Origin: Zootoca vivipara
Taxonomy: Eukaryota
DNA: 64,000 nucleotides
Reading direction: 5' to 3'
Assembly: GCF_963506605.1 (NCBI RefSeq)
Contig: NC_083283.1
Span: 34,844,001 to 34,908,000 of the forward strand
A program made the position numbers and the translations under genes. Shown in pieces: positions 24,559 through 36,790 of this stretch. The notes under the pieces are model-generated. The model was not told the origin of the DNA. It saw only the letters and a list, made by a program, of their open reading frames with translations, and ran no database searches. Every line of letters starts with the position of its first letter. Position 1 is the stretch's first letter.

Positions 24559-24698
24559 AGCTCAGGAGCATGGTGTTGATAACACCAAGGTTGCAGGTTC
24601 GATCCCTGTGCGGGACAGCTGCAGAGTCCTCTATTGCAGGGGTTGGACTCAATGATCCTCGGGATCCCTTCCTACTCTGCAATTCTATGGTTCTATGA
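24559..24698 (+). mobile_element. tRNA-Ile-derived SINE with a CR1-like 3' tail
   Basis: Head gagcatggtgttGATaacaccaaggttgcaGGTTCGATCCC resembles tRNA-Ile. Tail ggggttggact...ttctatggttctatga resembles the CR1 3' end at 57828-57890 (minus strand). Confidence 0.75.
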
Positions 24699-25089
24699 CC
24701 AATCTGCTTGAGAGACTGCTTTATCTGTTCTACAACACATAGATTGCTGCAGGTTGAGGAAGAGTTTGCCCTGAAAGTTCGAAAGATCTCAGAAGGCTGC
24801 TCTGCAATAACTCAGAGCAGGGCCTTTAGTGTGGCTGCCCCTGTTCTGTGCAACAGCATTTCTGTTGCGATACGACAGACCCCTCGTGACCTGTACTTTC
24901 CTGAAACAACTGGAGACTTGTTTGTTCCATCAGGCTTTCTCAACTGAATAAGGGGGTCTTTACCAGGAGTGTCTACTTTATATGGTTTTGTTTAGTTTTA
25001 AATATATTTGCTGCTTTGAAATGTTTTTAATTATCTTTGGTATACATTGCGTTGAGATGGTTGTTTAGAAGGCACTTTAAAATCAATAA

Positions 25090-25125
<36 letters not shown>

Positions 25126-25533
25126 TCTACATTTTAAGAAGATAATTAGAAAGTAAGTACCTTTAAGCATTGTATGCAAGTAAAACTAAATACCCCAAAG
25201 CCAGTTGTATACAAACCAAAATACATCAAGAGAGAACATTAAGGAGCTTTACAAATGTGACTCAAGTACATACAATGAATGCATAGAAGGAGGTGCAGTT
25301 GGGATCTTGCCCCCTGACCCCTACAGCATCTGATTTTCTGAAGAATTTACACATGCACAAACTATAAGTATATGGGTTTGGTTCAGAAGGTCAAATCCAT
25401 GCATGGAGATGTGGCGTAGGGTTCCAAACTATCCAGTGCCTTATTAGTCCGAAAAGAAACACCAGAACTGATGTCATAATCAAAGGCCCTCACTAGCATG
25501 TCATCAATGCAAGCCTTGCTTGGAAAAGATGTA

Positions 25534-25773
25534 CAGTGGGACCTTGGCTGTTGAACATGATCCATTCCGGAAGACCATTCGGCTTCCAAAACATTCGACA
25601 ACCGAGGCGCAATGGGCGGTCAGCAAATTCCATTGTGATAATGAAGAAACGCGCCTCAGAAACTGATCTACTTCCGAGGTGCATTCGAAAATGGAACATT
25701 CATTTCCAGGTTTTCAGTGTTCGAGTTCTGAATCATTCAGCTTCTGAGACACTCGGAAACCGAGGTTCCACTG
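25534..25773. mobile_element. Tc1/pogo-type MITE
   Basis: TA-flanked; CAGTGGGACCTTGG / CCGAGGTTCCACTG TIRs. Confidence 0.8.
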
Positions 25774-27292
25774 TATTATATTGTAGTCTAATTGTAAACT
25801 TTTCTCTCAAAGGTGTCACCATATCTTTCCACATCATGCTCTGAGATAATGTCCATTCTCCAGTCTAAGGTATTTCTTAATTAGAAAGCAATATTTTAAC
25901 CATCTCAGAAATGTGTTGAGGCCAAACCTGATTGAAAAGGGAATGTTTTCTTCCATTTCTGAGGTTGCAAAAATAACACTTACTCATTAATAAATATCTC
26001 AGAGTAGAGAATGGCCAATACTTGGCTAAATCCAACTCCTTGCTCAGTTTGAATGGAGATTTAGGAATTTCCATATAAAAAGAAGCTAGAAATCTAAGCT
26101 TGATGTATGACACCTGACAGCTCTAAATATCTTTTTCATTTAAGTTTATTGTTTTGACCATGTCATGACAAAATGAAGAATACAAAAAATGAATATGTAG
26201 GAGAACAAGATAAACAAGACTGCACAAAATGTACAAATCTGTATAAAAATGAATAAAAACAAATAATTGCATAAACAACTTGAATATTCATACTGTATGT
26301 TGCCTTTATTTCTTTGCTGACAGTGCAAAATAAGCAACCTCCTCCACAACCTGTCTGTCTTTGTCAATAATAATATTTTTAAAATACACACACAAAAACT
26401 GGGTTTTCTGATGACTAGCTCAAAATTCAAAGTAAAGTGGGAGTTAAAGGGGGGGGATGTATCTGGCCTTCTTATAAAGGAGACAATAAAAGTGATCAAG
26501 TATAGCCAACACTGTGCCCTTGAGGTGCTGTGGACTACAACTCTCATCAGCAACAGCCAATAGTCAGGGATGATAGCTGTAATCCAAAATATCTGGAGGG
26601 CACTATGTTGTTTACCCCTGAAATAGCTGGAAAATATCCTCTACCACCCCAGCCCCTCAAATGCACTGTTTCATTATAGTACCCTCAAATATGTGCTCCA
26701 GGGAATTGGAGCAGATTTTGGGAAGGTGTAGGAAGAAGAGAGGAAGAGAGATCCCTTTCAAACAGAACACTACTCGTGTTCCATTGGGTACAATGGCATA
26801 TGATTTGGCTAGTATGGCTATTCAGGTGGTTGTCAGATTGGCTTTGATGACCTTTCTTATGATTGTGAATCATGATATAGAAATTTAGCCAGATGGAATT
26901 TTACCAGTAAAGGTGGCACAATTAGAACACCTGGCAATGGTGCGAACTCATCAGTCCAAGTTAGTTTTTCTCTTTTAAGTTACAGTGGAATGGCAACTTC
27001 ACTAGGGGCTAGGGTTGGAATACACCAAAATAGTCCTGGCAGTGGAAGTCCTGCTTAACGACTTCTGCCTGTGCAACAGGGCTTTGCCTCCCGCACCTAC
27101 TCCCCTAACATGCCCTCCACATCCCCCAAATTGACTGGGGTGGTGGTGTCAGGAGAATGGCAACCAACACCATTTCCTTTAATAGCCTTGTTTGATTATG
27201 ATGGCCTTTAACACCAGATTTGTATATTTCAGGACCCACTTTATTTATTGTGACTGTATTTTGTAATTTTATAGATAGATATAGATATAGAT

Positions 27293-27626
27293 GGAACGCA
27301 GGTGGCGCTGTGGGTTAAACCACAGAGCCTAGAGCTTGCTGATCAGAAGGTCGGTGGTTCGAATCCTTGTGACGGGGTGAGCGCCAGTTCCTCGGTCCCA
27401 GCTCCTGCCAACCTAGCAGTTCGAAAGCACGTCAAAGTGCAAGTAGATAAATAGGTGCCGCTACAGTGGGAAGGTAAACGGCGTTTCCATGTGCTGCTCT
27501 GGTTTGCCAGAAGCGGCTTTGTCATGCTGGCCACATGACCTGGAAGCTGTATGCCAGCTCCCTCGGCCAATAATGCGAGATGAGAGCACAACCCCAGAGT
27601 CGGTCACGACTGGACCTAATGGTCAG
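27293..27626 (+). mobile_element. Sauria SINE (3' end lost in assembly gap)
   Basis: A-box-like GGTGGCGCTGTGG; B-box GGTTCGAATCC at 27356-27366; near-identical to 43244-43592; Bov-B-like GAGTCGGTCACGACT near the 3' end. Confidence 0.92.
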
Positions 27627-27803
27627 NNNNNNNNNNNNNNNNNNNNNNNNNNNNNNNNNNNNNNNNNNNNNNNNNNNNNNNNNNNNNNNNNNNNNNNNNN
27701 NNNNNNNNNNNNNNNNNNNNNNNNNNNNNNNNNNNNNNNNNNNNNNNNNNNNNNNNNNNNNNNNNNNNNNNNNNNNNNNNNNNNNNNNNNNNNNNNNNNN
27801 NNN
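27627..27803. other. Assembly gap (177 N)
   Basis: Run of N. Confidence 1.
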
Positions 27804-28889
27804 ATTTTAAATTGTTGTAACCCACCCTGGGAATTTAGGGTGAAGGGCAAGTAATGAATTTTAAATAGTAATAGTAATAATATTTCTTTGTTCTCATGAA
27901 ATCCCATTTTCCCCTAAGGGATGAACTAGAGTAGATGGCAGGATTTGGATCAAGACCACAGCACTGGGAGAGGATTATTGAACACTTCTCCTTCCAGTTG
28001 TTTTCTCAATGAAAACCCCACCATTAATGAAATTTGACCCAGGGTCATTAGAGAAAGCTTAGAGATACATACATGTAAGTTGTCGTTAATGGCACAAACA
28101 GCTTAAAGGAGAGGAGTTCTTATCTGGATAAAAGCACAGAGGAAAAGGTTTTTTAAAAAATTAGATGTAGAATTAGATTTAGAATTAGAATTTAGAATTG
28201 TTTTCTAAATGTGGTTTTATGGAGGGAAATGGCAGAATCTCCAGTCATTCCATCTCATATAGCTGAACCTCAAGCACAAGAGTTTTGACCTGCTCTTCTG
28301 AAAAGGACACTTCAACATTTCTGTTTCACCCTTGCAGTTTTTCCCCACCACTGCAGACTGGATCAAAGCCTTCTGCCCGCTTGCAAGTTAAATATTTATA
28401 ATTTAATGGGTTTTAATAATGAATAGTTTTCAACTTCACATACTACTGATAGCATACTGTTGATAACAAGCTGCAACCTTGAAACTGATGTTAGGGTTTA
28501 TCACCGCTAACCCAGTTTCTTGCTCCAGTGGAAGAAATATGGCAAGGTAAGGGGTGGGATGAGATGCGATGGACATGAAGTGCTCCCGCTGGTTCCTGTG
28601 CCATAAGGGAAGCATCTTAGGTCGAAGCATGGTAGATGGCGGAAGTGTTACATACAAGCCCTACCCTAACATACCTCCTCAGACAACACACCTCTGGTGC
28701 ATGCAGACTTTGTTGCTGATTTGGGTAGCAGGCATGCGTATGAAAGCGGGGAGAATGCAGAAAACTTGGTGTCAGCGGTTAATGGGTATTTTATTTGACC
28801 TAGAAGGTTTCTACTGACAGTAAGAATTGCAGCATAGAAGAGCTTTCTGCAACCTGGTTGGGCTACAACTGCCATCGGGCCCAGCCAGC

Positions 28890-29713
28890 CAGTGGCTTAG
28901 CATGGGTTGCCAGTTCCTGGGCCACACAGCGGCGTTGCTAGCCTTCTGACTAGCGGGGGCGTGGCGTCCGTCACACACATGCGTCACGCTATGGAGCGGG
29001 TTGCCGGGGGCGGTGCTCCAGCACCCGGATCCTTGGAGCACCGCCGCCACTGGAGCACCGCCGTCGGCAACCCGCTCCGTAGCGCAATGTGTGCTTCTTC
29101 CTACTCAGGCGGAGCAGTGAGGGGCGTCTCCATTGACGCCCCCCACCGCTCCGCCTCTGCCTGAGTAGGAAGAATGCAAAGCGTGCTATGGATTGGCTTG
29201 CGGCGCGCTTTGTCTTCTTCCTACTCAGGCGGAGGTGGAGCGGTGAGGGGCGTCAGCGGCGGCCGCTGACGCTGCTCTCTGGCCCGGCCCTTGCCTCCGC
29301 CCCACCAGGAAGTAGTGAGGGATGAGGCCAGAAACATCAGGGCCTCCGCGATGGCGGTCGCGCCACTGCCACAGCAGCGGGGGGCACCGTGCTGCCCCCT
29401 ATTGCAATGCCCCTGGGGCCACACAGAGGGGAAGGGTAGATGGGAGAGGAATGGACGGGGTATGCCTGCTCATTCAACTGCCTAATGGCATCCACGTCAC
29501 CCAGGACATCACAACCACAGAGATCAGAAAAGAAGAGTCATCCCATTGTCTGGAAAGGTCACTTCCTGGTTTGCATGGAGAAGCAATGGAACCCGGTGAC
29601 AGAAGCTCACAGCTGTATTGAGGCAGCACCAGCTGCTGAAATTTTTGCACCCCCTAACAATTTTGTGCCCTGGACAACAGCCCCTGTGCCCCACCCCCCA
29701 CGCTACACCACTA
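28890..29713. mobile_element. 824-bp GC-rich non-autonomous hAT element with internal hairpins
   Basis: TIRs CAGTGGCTTAGC / TAGTGGTGTAGC (reverse complement); degenerate 8-bp TSD CAGCCAGC/CAGCCAAT. Confidence 0.7.
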
Positions 29714-32540
29714 CAGCCAATACAGACAAAACATCTCGAAGTGCCTTCCATTTCACACAGATAACCAAGCAAGAGAAAAAAAATTCTCCTGAAATGGCAG
29801 GGAATGATTCTTGAGACATTAGCGTGAAATTTTGGAAACAGCAGCCTATATTATCAGGTGTAGGCAGTATGTTGCTATGTATCTGAGGGAGTGTTTTTGT
29901 TTACCAAAAGCTCATGTTGCTATAATAAGTGTAAAGGTACTGCCAGGACTCTGTTGCTTTCACTTCAACAAACTAACTTGGTTACTCTTTTTGGACTGTG
30001 CCCTCATGGGAAGCACTGGATTGAAACCTATGAAGCGGAAATCAAACAACCTCGTGGAGAAACTCACCCAGGAGCAGACAGAGAATGTCTTATTCATCCT
30101 ATACATAAAAGAAAGAAGTCTAGGCTGTAGCCAAGGAATTTTATGCCAGAATGAACTGGTCAGTCTTTATAGTCCTGCAGGACTCTTTGCTAACCCTCCC
30201 TTCCACATACCCTAGCTCCTTTTATTTGATATGGCCTGTTCATTCTGGAGAGAGAAACATAGCATATAATACCTCTATATTTATTTTATAGTCCTCCTGT
30301 GATGCTACCTATTCCTCCTTATGTTCAATGTTAGGAAAAATCCTGGGCTGGAGAACCAAGGCCATTCATCAAAATGCAAAAATGTTGATGGCATTGCCAA
30401 GATACTTAATTTAATGGTATGGACAAAATTAATTGGCTGGGCATGAATGTATTTGACTACCATTATATTTTTCTTACTTTTGGTGGTATAGAACTTTTTT
30501 GGCAAAGAAAACAATGTGTATTATTAACTCATACCTTCTGGAAAAAAGGGACATCCCCTTTGTTTGCACAAGATCTTGGTGGTCATTTTGAGTGTCGTGA
30601 TCTTGCATGCTCTCACACCCCAAGAAAAGTGCTTTTTCGGGGCTGTGATCTTGCATGGCACTCAAAACCACATGATCACCCCGACAAAAAGGGCTCTTTG
30701 AGGGTGAGGGTAAGGCACAGGTCATGTGACTTGCCTGGGAGAGTGTCCCAGAAGATGTGCATCACAGTTTTGCGTTGGAAAAAGTTAGTCAGTATGTTAA
30801 CTGCATTATATTGTATTAGGATGAGGTTTATTCATTAAATTTATATGTGACCCTTCTGCTGAGGATCACAGGGTGATTTACAGTAAAAAAAATACTATTA
30901 TATAGTGTAATTATTGAGTAGGATAAATGTCATCACCACCATCTAAAATCTGGTATTTATTTTAGATTGTAAGCCCCTTGGGCTGTGTTGGGGGCATTGT
31001 GGGATATTTAAATGTTGTCAGCAAGTGATGATCAGAGGGCTGAGTACTGTTTAGTCCTGGTTAGTCAAGGCCAACCAAGACGTTAGCCAAAGCTTGCCAA
31101 TATAGATCGGGACACCCAGACATGTGAGATGGGTGACTGATGTAAGAGATAACCCAACAAAGGCACTTTGCTAACAGTTCCGTCAAGGCTGGAGCTAGCC
31201 TAAATAAAAGGGTGTTTTTTTAAAAAAAGAGGTGGTCTTTATCATATTAACAAGTGCTTTGTCTTGTATCCAGTGCTGTACTAATGTAAATGACCCATTA
31301 GCACGGGTTTTCCTGCTTGCAGAACAGGACTTTCTTCTCCTCTCCTTCCCTCACCCTTGCCCCAAATCTGTTCTGGGGATTCCCACAACCCTCCAGACCA
31401 GATTTGAGGAGAGTGTGGAGTTCACATAGGAGAAGGAGAGGAAGAAGGTCCACTGTACAAGCAGGAATCCTCGTGCTGAAGGGACCCTTACTTAGCACTC
31501 CATTGGGTTTAAGTGTTTGGATTCGGTAGGTTAAAAACACCATCTACTGACACAAAAGTCGAAGCTTTCGCTACATGTCAATTGTGTTTTACAGTAACCT
31601 GATGTTGTCAGAATTGTCTGGAATCCGTTTTTGAGGCACAGAGGATTAATGCCCAGCAATTTTTTTTTAGACAAAACAAAACCCAAAAACAAACAGGAGA
31701 ACAAGACAGACATCAGAAAGCTATGGAAATTTGACAAATGCTTTTTTTCAGCATTATGTCAAACATGTTTACAGAACTGTGCAATTAATAGAAAAGGCCA
31801 TGCTGGAGTCCCTAATTACTATTCTACACAGGGTGGAACATTCCTTCATTATCCTTTTTTGAATTGATTGTGTACATCAAACAGTTGAGATATAAGTAAA
31901 ATATGCCTGCATGCATAAACCCCTCACATTAAAGCATGAGGCAATTAACCTATGATTTTTTCATTAATTAAATTAAAATAGCCCTCCAAAAACGTCTTAA
32001 AACCAAAGCAGATTTCATTTGGGGTACTTTTACCCTCCTGGATAATGAAGACCAGGCATTTTAAAGAAATTTCAGTAGTCCTCTTAAATTGCAGTGTATC
32101 TTCTCAGTTTTATCAATAATCAGCAATTTTCTCATGAGGCTCCAGGGCTCCAACTAGCTAAATGCTAAACCCAATTACAATATTGGTTTTCCTTGTCCTT
32201 CTTTAAAATCATATTTGCAAAGTCTTCCCTGCTCTCCACTTGTGTGTTTAAATTCTCCTTGTCTAATTATATTAGGTGCTTCACAAAATTATTCTAGGGT
32301 TAAATCTGTATTAAAATTGGTAGCTGTGATCTGCCCTGGCTGGGAGTCAGTTTTTGAACATTCGTGGTTATGTATGATAGATGAATTTTACGTGTGTGTG
32401 TGTGTGTGTAATGATCTAACTCTTTACTTAGTCTTTTCAACATTTATACTCCACCTAACAAATATGCAACATAGCTTGCAGTTTTGCAGTCAGCATAAAA
32501 CAATTTTCAATAATTAAAATGAGGAATATAAATAAATCCA

Positions 32541-32729
32541 AGTAAAGGTAAAGGATCCCTGGTTAAGTCCAGTCAAAGGCGACTATGGGATTGCAGCGCT
32601 CATCTCGCTTTCAGGCCGACAGAGCCAGCGTTTGTTCACAGACAGCTTTCTGGGTCATGTGGCCATGACTAAACAGCTTCTGGCGCAATGGAACACCATG
32701 ACAGAAACCAGAGCACATGGAAACACCGT
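32541..32729 (-). mobile_element. Sauria SINE 3' half (older subfamily)
   Basis: gtaaaggtaaagg is the reverse complement of the (ACCTTT)n tail; gctcatctcgc and ggtcatgtggcca match the SINE core. Confidence 0.8.
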
Positions 32730-32880
32730 GCCAGCCCGCCAGCCCGCCCGCCCGCCGCGCAGCAGTACCTGTGGCGGCCGTGCAGCGCTGCGCCCGCCCA
32801 CCCACCACGCTGGGAAACGGGGCAGGGGCGCCGGAGGGATCCGGCACACCACGGCGCCAGGGGCGCTTAAGACGGCCCTG
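32730..32880 (-). mobile_element. Half copy of the GC-rich hAT MITE family of 13245-13503
   Basis: Reverse complement begins CAGGGCCGTCTTAAGCGCCCCTGGCGCCGTGGTG, matching 13245 onward. The other end is missing. Confidence 0.85.
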
Positions 32881-33115
32881 GTCATATCCATAGAACAGAA
32901 GATAGCAGAATCACCAAGGATGTGCTCTGTGGGGAGCTGGCTTCCGGCAGCTGGTCACTTGGCAGACCATCTCTGCATTACAAAGATGTCTGCAAACGTG
33001 ACATGAAGGCTGGCAACATCAACCCTGCCCTGTGGGAATCCCTTGAAAACTACCTCAGTGCCTGACAACAGGCGGTCAAGTCCATAGCACTGACCAGAGG
33101 AGGAATGACTGTTGG
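32881..33115 (+). mobile_element. RTE-clade LINE 3' ORF fragment
   Basis: Translates to HIHRTEDSRITKDVLCGELASG...GRPSLHYKDVCKRDMKAGNINPALWESL. Confidence 0.75.
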
Positions 33116-33329
33116 GACATGCGCAGAAGCGATTTCCGGTGCCGGGCTGCCCGTGTCTGCATGTCTGGGCACCAGAGATCGCTTCTGTGCATGTGCAGAC
33201 ATGTGCAGACAGCCGGGAGCCGGGACATGGCAGGAGCTTTACGGGATATAATCAATTCGGGATAACAGCGGGGAAACGGTAACAAAATACGGGGGTTTCC
33301 CACGAAAAATGGGAGACTTGGCAGCTATG
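33113..33329. mobile_element. One-ended hAT element sharing the TIR of 7619-7708
   Basis: Ends in ACTTGGCAGCTATG; has subterminal CGGG repeats. Confidence 0.7.
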
Positions 33330-34906
33330 TTAGGTATATGAGAGTCAGTGTGGTGTAATGGTTAGAGTTTCAGACCAAAACCATAGAGACCCAGTTCAAA
33401 TCCTTACTCCGCACAAAGCTTGATCAGGAAATGGGTTATTCATGCAGGGATCTATGTACCGGTACATTTGAGTGTTTATAGGTAGGTTCTGTAGCATGGG
33501 GACCTTTGAACACATGGAGGTCGTGAGTGGGGTCAGGGGGTGTGACCCTCTTTTTTATTTGAATGAATGGTTTCAATTGGGGAGGGAAAGAGAATCTTTG
33601 AGAAATTTCAGTGCTGTTACAGCTCATTGACAATTAATGCTTCACTGAACAACTGGTATGAAATTTCCCATCTAAGAAACTGAATTGGATTTTCTATTAT
33701 AATACAAATAATGGATCTCTAGCATTTCCTCACCGTGTCTGCTTTGCCATGAGGAAAGACAAAAACATGACAGGTATGAGAGTTTATTGGTACAAATACC
33801 CTGAAATGCACCATCATATTGTCCCTATGTGTCAAGAAAGGAGAAAAGTAGTAAACACTAATTTTGTTTGTTTTCAACTGTCTAAACAAGCAGAGCTAAA
33901 GATGATCTCCTACAAAATATGCATTTACAAGGTATGGCAACCAGGTCATTGCAGAAAATCTGACAAATCTGCAAAGTAGGAAGCAATATTTAAAACCACG
34001 AGCTTGACTCATCCGATTTGTTGGCAACATTCCTTGAAGATGTAACATGGTTTGCCTAGGACTGAAACTCAATCCAAATCAGAGTGCAGCAGAGAGATCT
34101 GGGGGTTAGCAGAGGATTTGTATGTGGTAACACAAGTCAAAGTGGTGCCTCTTGAAATGCATTGTGGTACCTCAGTTTGTGTAGGCAAGTGTCAACAAAA
34201 AGTAAAACTGTCTCTACGTTTACTATAGCTGGGGCAACCCAGTCAGCAATCTTTATGAAATTTGGCAGGATTCTCACCCTCAGAAGTGGCACCCATGCCT
34301 CAAAAAATATCCAATTCTGCCCCCAAAAAGCTTGATTTGAAATTTTAAAATTTCAAGGAAAAGACATTTAAAAGTGCCCTAGAGGAAATCCATTAACCTG
34401 TTTACCTGTAACTTGCTAGGCATTATTTACTGTGGAGGGGTTACTGTACCTTGCAAGTTTTATCTACTTCTGTTAAAAGTAAATGGTTTTAGCCATTTTA
34501 AAAAATTCCCACAAAATACGAATGGCAGAAAACAAAGCAGACTTGAACAGATCACGATGCACATTGGCATGTGCTAACGAGGAAATGATTGCCTTTATGA
34601 GCTATACATTATCTTGAAAATGCTAAGACCATTTTCCTTGGCTATGTGCTGAGAAATAAATGATGCTCTGACCTTTCCTGCTGTACATGCATTGATTCTC
34701 TGCTATAGAAAGATTCTTTTTAAAAAAATCCCATTTGTCTCAAAAGTAAATCTTCATGGTCTCTTCCAGAAATGTTGAAAGGGAACACATCTTTTCCCTA
34801 CACATTGAATGTTAAAAGTTATGCAGTTAACAATTAAACAACTTCATTCTCTGCCTTGTGCTCAGTTACATGTCTAATATGAGAGCTACTGCAATGATAC
34901 AGCTCT

Positions 34907-34984
34907 TTCTTCTTCTTCTTCTTCTTCTTCTTCTTCTTCTTCTTCTTCTTCTTCTTCTTCTTCTTCTTCTTCTTCTTCTTCTTC
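34907..34984. repeat. Perfect (TTC)26 / (GAA)26 microsatellite
   Basis: Direct sequence; forms the 3' tail of the adjacent RTE element. Confidence 0.97.
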
Positions 34985-35398
34985 TATCACTCATAGCCGA
35001 GTAAGATTGTCTTCCATAAACACGGTTTTAACAATGAGTCCGTAAGTGACTGTGGAGGCCAATTCTGGATCCACACGTCCTTCCACAGTGGGGACATTGG
35101 TTTCTGGGTGGGAGTTGATCACGGTGCCTTCCTCTTAGCACGTTTCTCCCTTGCGTCCTGAGTTCGAGCATCTTCAAGGCCGATGACACTTTTGGTAAAG
35201 GCTGTTCTCCAACTAGAGCACTCGTGGCCAGTGTTTCCCAGTTGTCTGTGTTTATACTACATTTTTTAAGACAGTCTTTAAACCTCTTTTGTTGACCACC
35301 AGCATTACGCTTTCCATTTTTAAGTTCGGAATAGAGTAGTTGCTTTGGAAGACGATCATCAGGTATCTGCACAACATGACCAGTCCAACGAAGTTAAT
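34907..35398 (-). mobile_element. RTE-clade LINE 3' end with C-terminal C2H2 zinc finger, 5'-truncated
   Basis: Encodes LRWTGHVV..PDDRLPKQLLYSELKNGKRNAGGQQKRFKD...CPHCGRTCGSRIGLHSHLRTH (frameshifted); (GAA)n tail. Confidence 0.88.
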
Positions 35399-35416
35399 GT
35401 GATTCTGTGGCTGAAG

Positions 35417-36089
35417 CAGGGCTGTCTCTAGGCCTGGGCTGGGTGGCGCAATGCGCCAGGGCGCCTGGCCACCAGGGGCGCTGCTGCGCCCGCCAGACAG
35501 CTGATGTCTGAGCCCTATGGCTCTGCCGTTTCCTCCTCTCCTTCGGCCTATGGGAATCCCCTCAGCCGCTGCCCGCGGAGCCGCTGTCGCCTGCAGGAGC
35601 AGCGGAGGCGGGAGCGGCTCCCGAGGGGCCTCTTCCACATCTGGTGCCTGCCACCCCACCACCACCACTCCTGGGGAACAGGCGGCGGCGTGGCAGCCGC
35701 CTCCTGCTCCTCAGGCCGCTGGGAGCACAGCGAGAGAGCGCAGGCGGAGGCAGCGGTGGACCGGTCAGTCGGCCAGGGAACAAGCGGCGCACTGCGGGAC
35801 CCAGAATTCACCGCTCAAGCTTGTTTCCTCCAGTGCAGATGGCGGCCTCCAGGCCAGGGAGGTGGCGGGAGGTGGGGAACTGCCTGTGCCCTAGCTGGGG
35901 TGGAGAGGGGTCAGCGGCGTGACTTGGGCTGGTAGCGGGACACCGCGCAGCAGGTGAGGGGCAGCGGGAAGCCTGGGTTGGTGGCGCTGGGGACCCTGAG
36001 CCAGGGCAAGAGAGAGCAGCTTGGGGAAAGGGAGGGGGTGCCGGAGGGACCTTTGCACCACGGCGCTGGATTTGCTTAAGGCAGCCCTG
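35417..36089. mobile_element. 673-bp GC-rich non-autonomous hAT element
   Basis: TIRs CAGGGCTGTCT / CAGGGCTGCCT (reverse complement); TSD GGCTGAAG/GGCTGAAC. Both ends are homologous to 13245-13503 in the opposite orientation. Confidence 0.88.
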
Positions 36090-36224
36090 GGCTGAACTTA
36101 TGCCCAGGTGATATTTACTAAAACAATACTCTTCTCTCTTCCATCTGCACCATCTGATTTCCTCTTTCAATTCACCATCTTGACTGGAGATGCAACAAGG
36201 TAGAGGATACGCTCTTTCAAATGT

Positions 36225-36790
36225 GGTGGACCTGTAAAAGGGTAAAAGAGTACTGGGAAATAATTTATAATGAATTGGGGGGGAAATGTTTAAAAGCACT
36301 CCCCCCCCCAAAAAAGTGTCTTTTTTGTTAAGGGTAATTCAGAGGGAAATTCCCAGGTGTCAAAAAAGGTTATTTATGTATGCCACTACTGCGGCCTGTG
36401 TTTTGTTAGCCCCCAAATGGAAAACGAGCAAGGTCCCGACTAAAGAATGGCAACTTAAACTGATGGAATATGCACAGCTTGCGGACCTAACATACAGAAT
36501 AAGAGAACAAGAAGAACATATGTTTAAAGAAGATTGGGAAATGTTTATTGAATATATGGGAAATAATTGTGTACAGCTGAAAACGCTGGCAGCATTAAGA
36601 TAAATTCAACAGTGTAAATAAGTTTTGATAGATGTAATAACGGAATACTGAATGTTTTAGTTTATATAAAATGTGCAGGGATTTATGTTATGCAAAACAT
36701 AAGGGAAGGGAAAATCTTTGATATTTTAAGGTTGTATGAATGAATATTCTAAATTGTAAAACAGAAAAATTAATAAAATTATTATTATTA
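36225..36790 (+). mobile_element. L1-clade LINE ORF2 C-terminus and 3'UTR
   Basis: Encodes LFMYATTAACVLLAPKWK...VPTKEWQLKLMEYAQLADLT; followed by an AT-rich 3'UTR with AATAAA. Confidence 0.75.

Noticed and set aside
24559-24620. Functional tRNA-Ile gene
   Set aside because: The 5' acceptor stem and D-arm are incomplete and it is fused to a CR1-like tail, so it is a SINE head.
27489-27907. ORFs containing X runs
   Set aside because: Artefacts of the 177-N gap.
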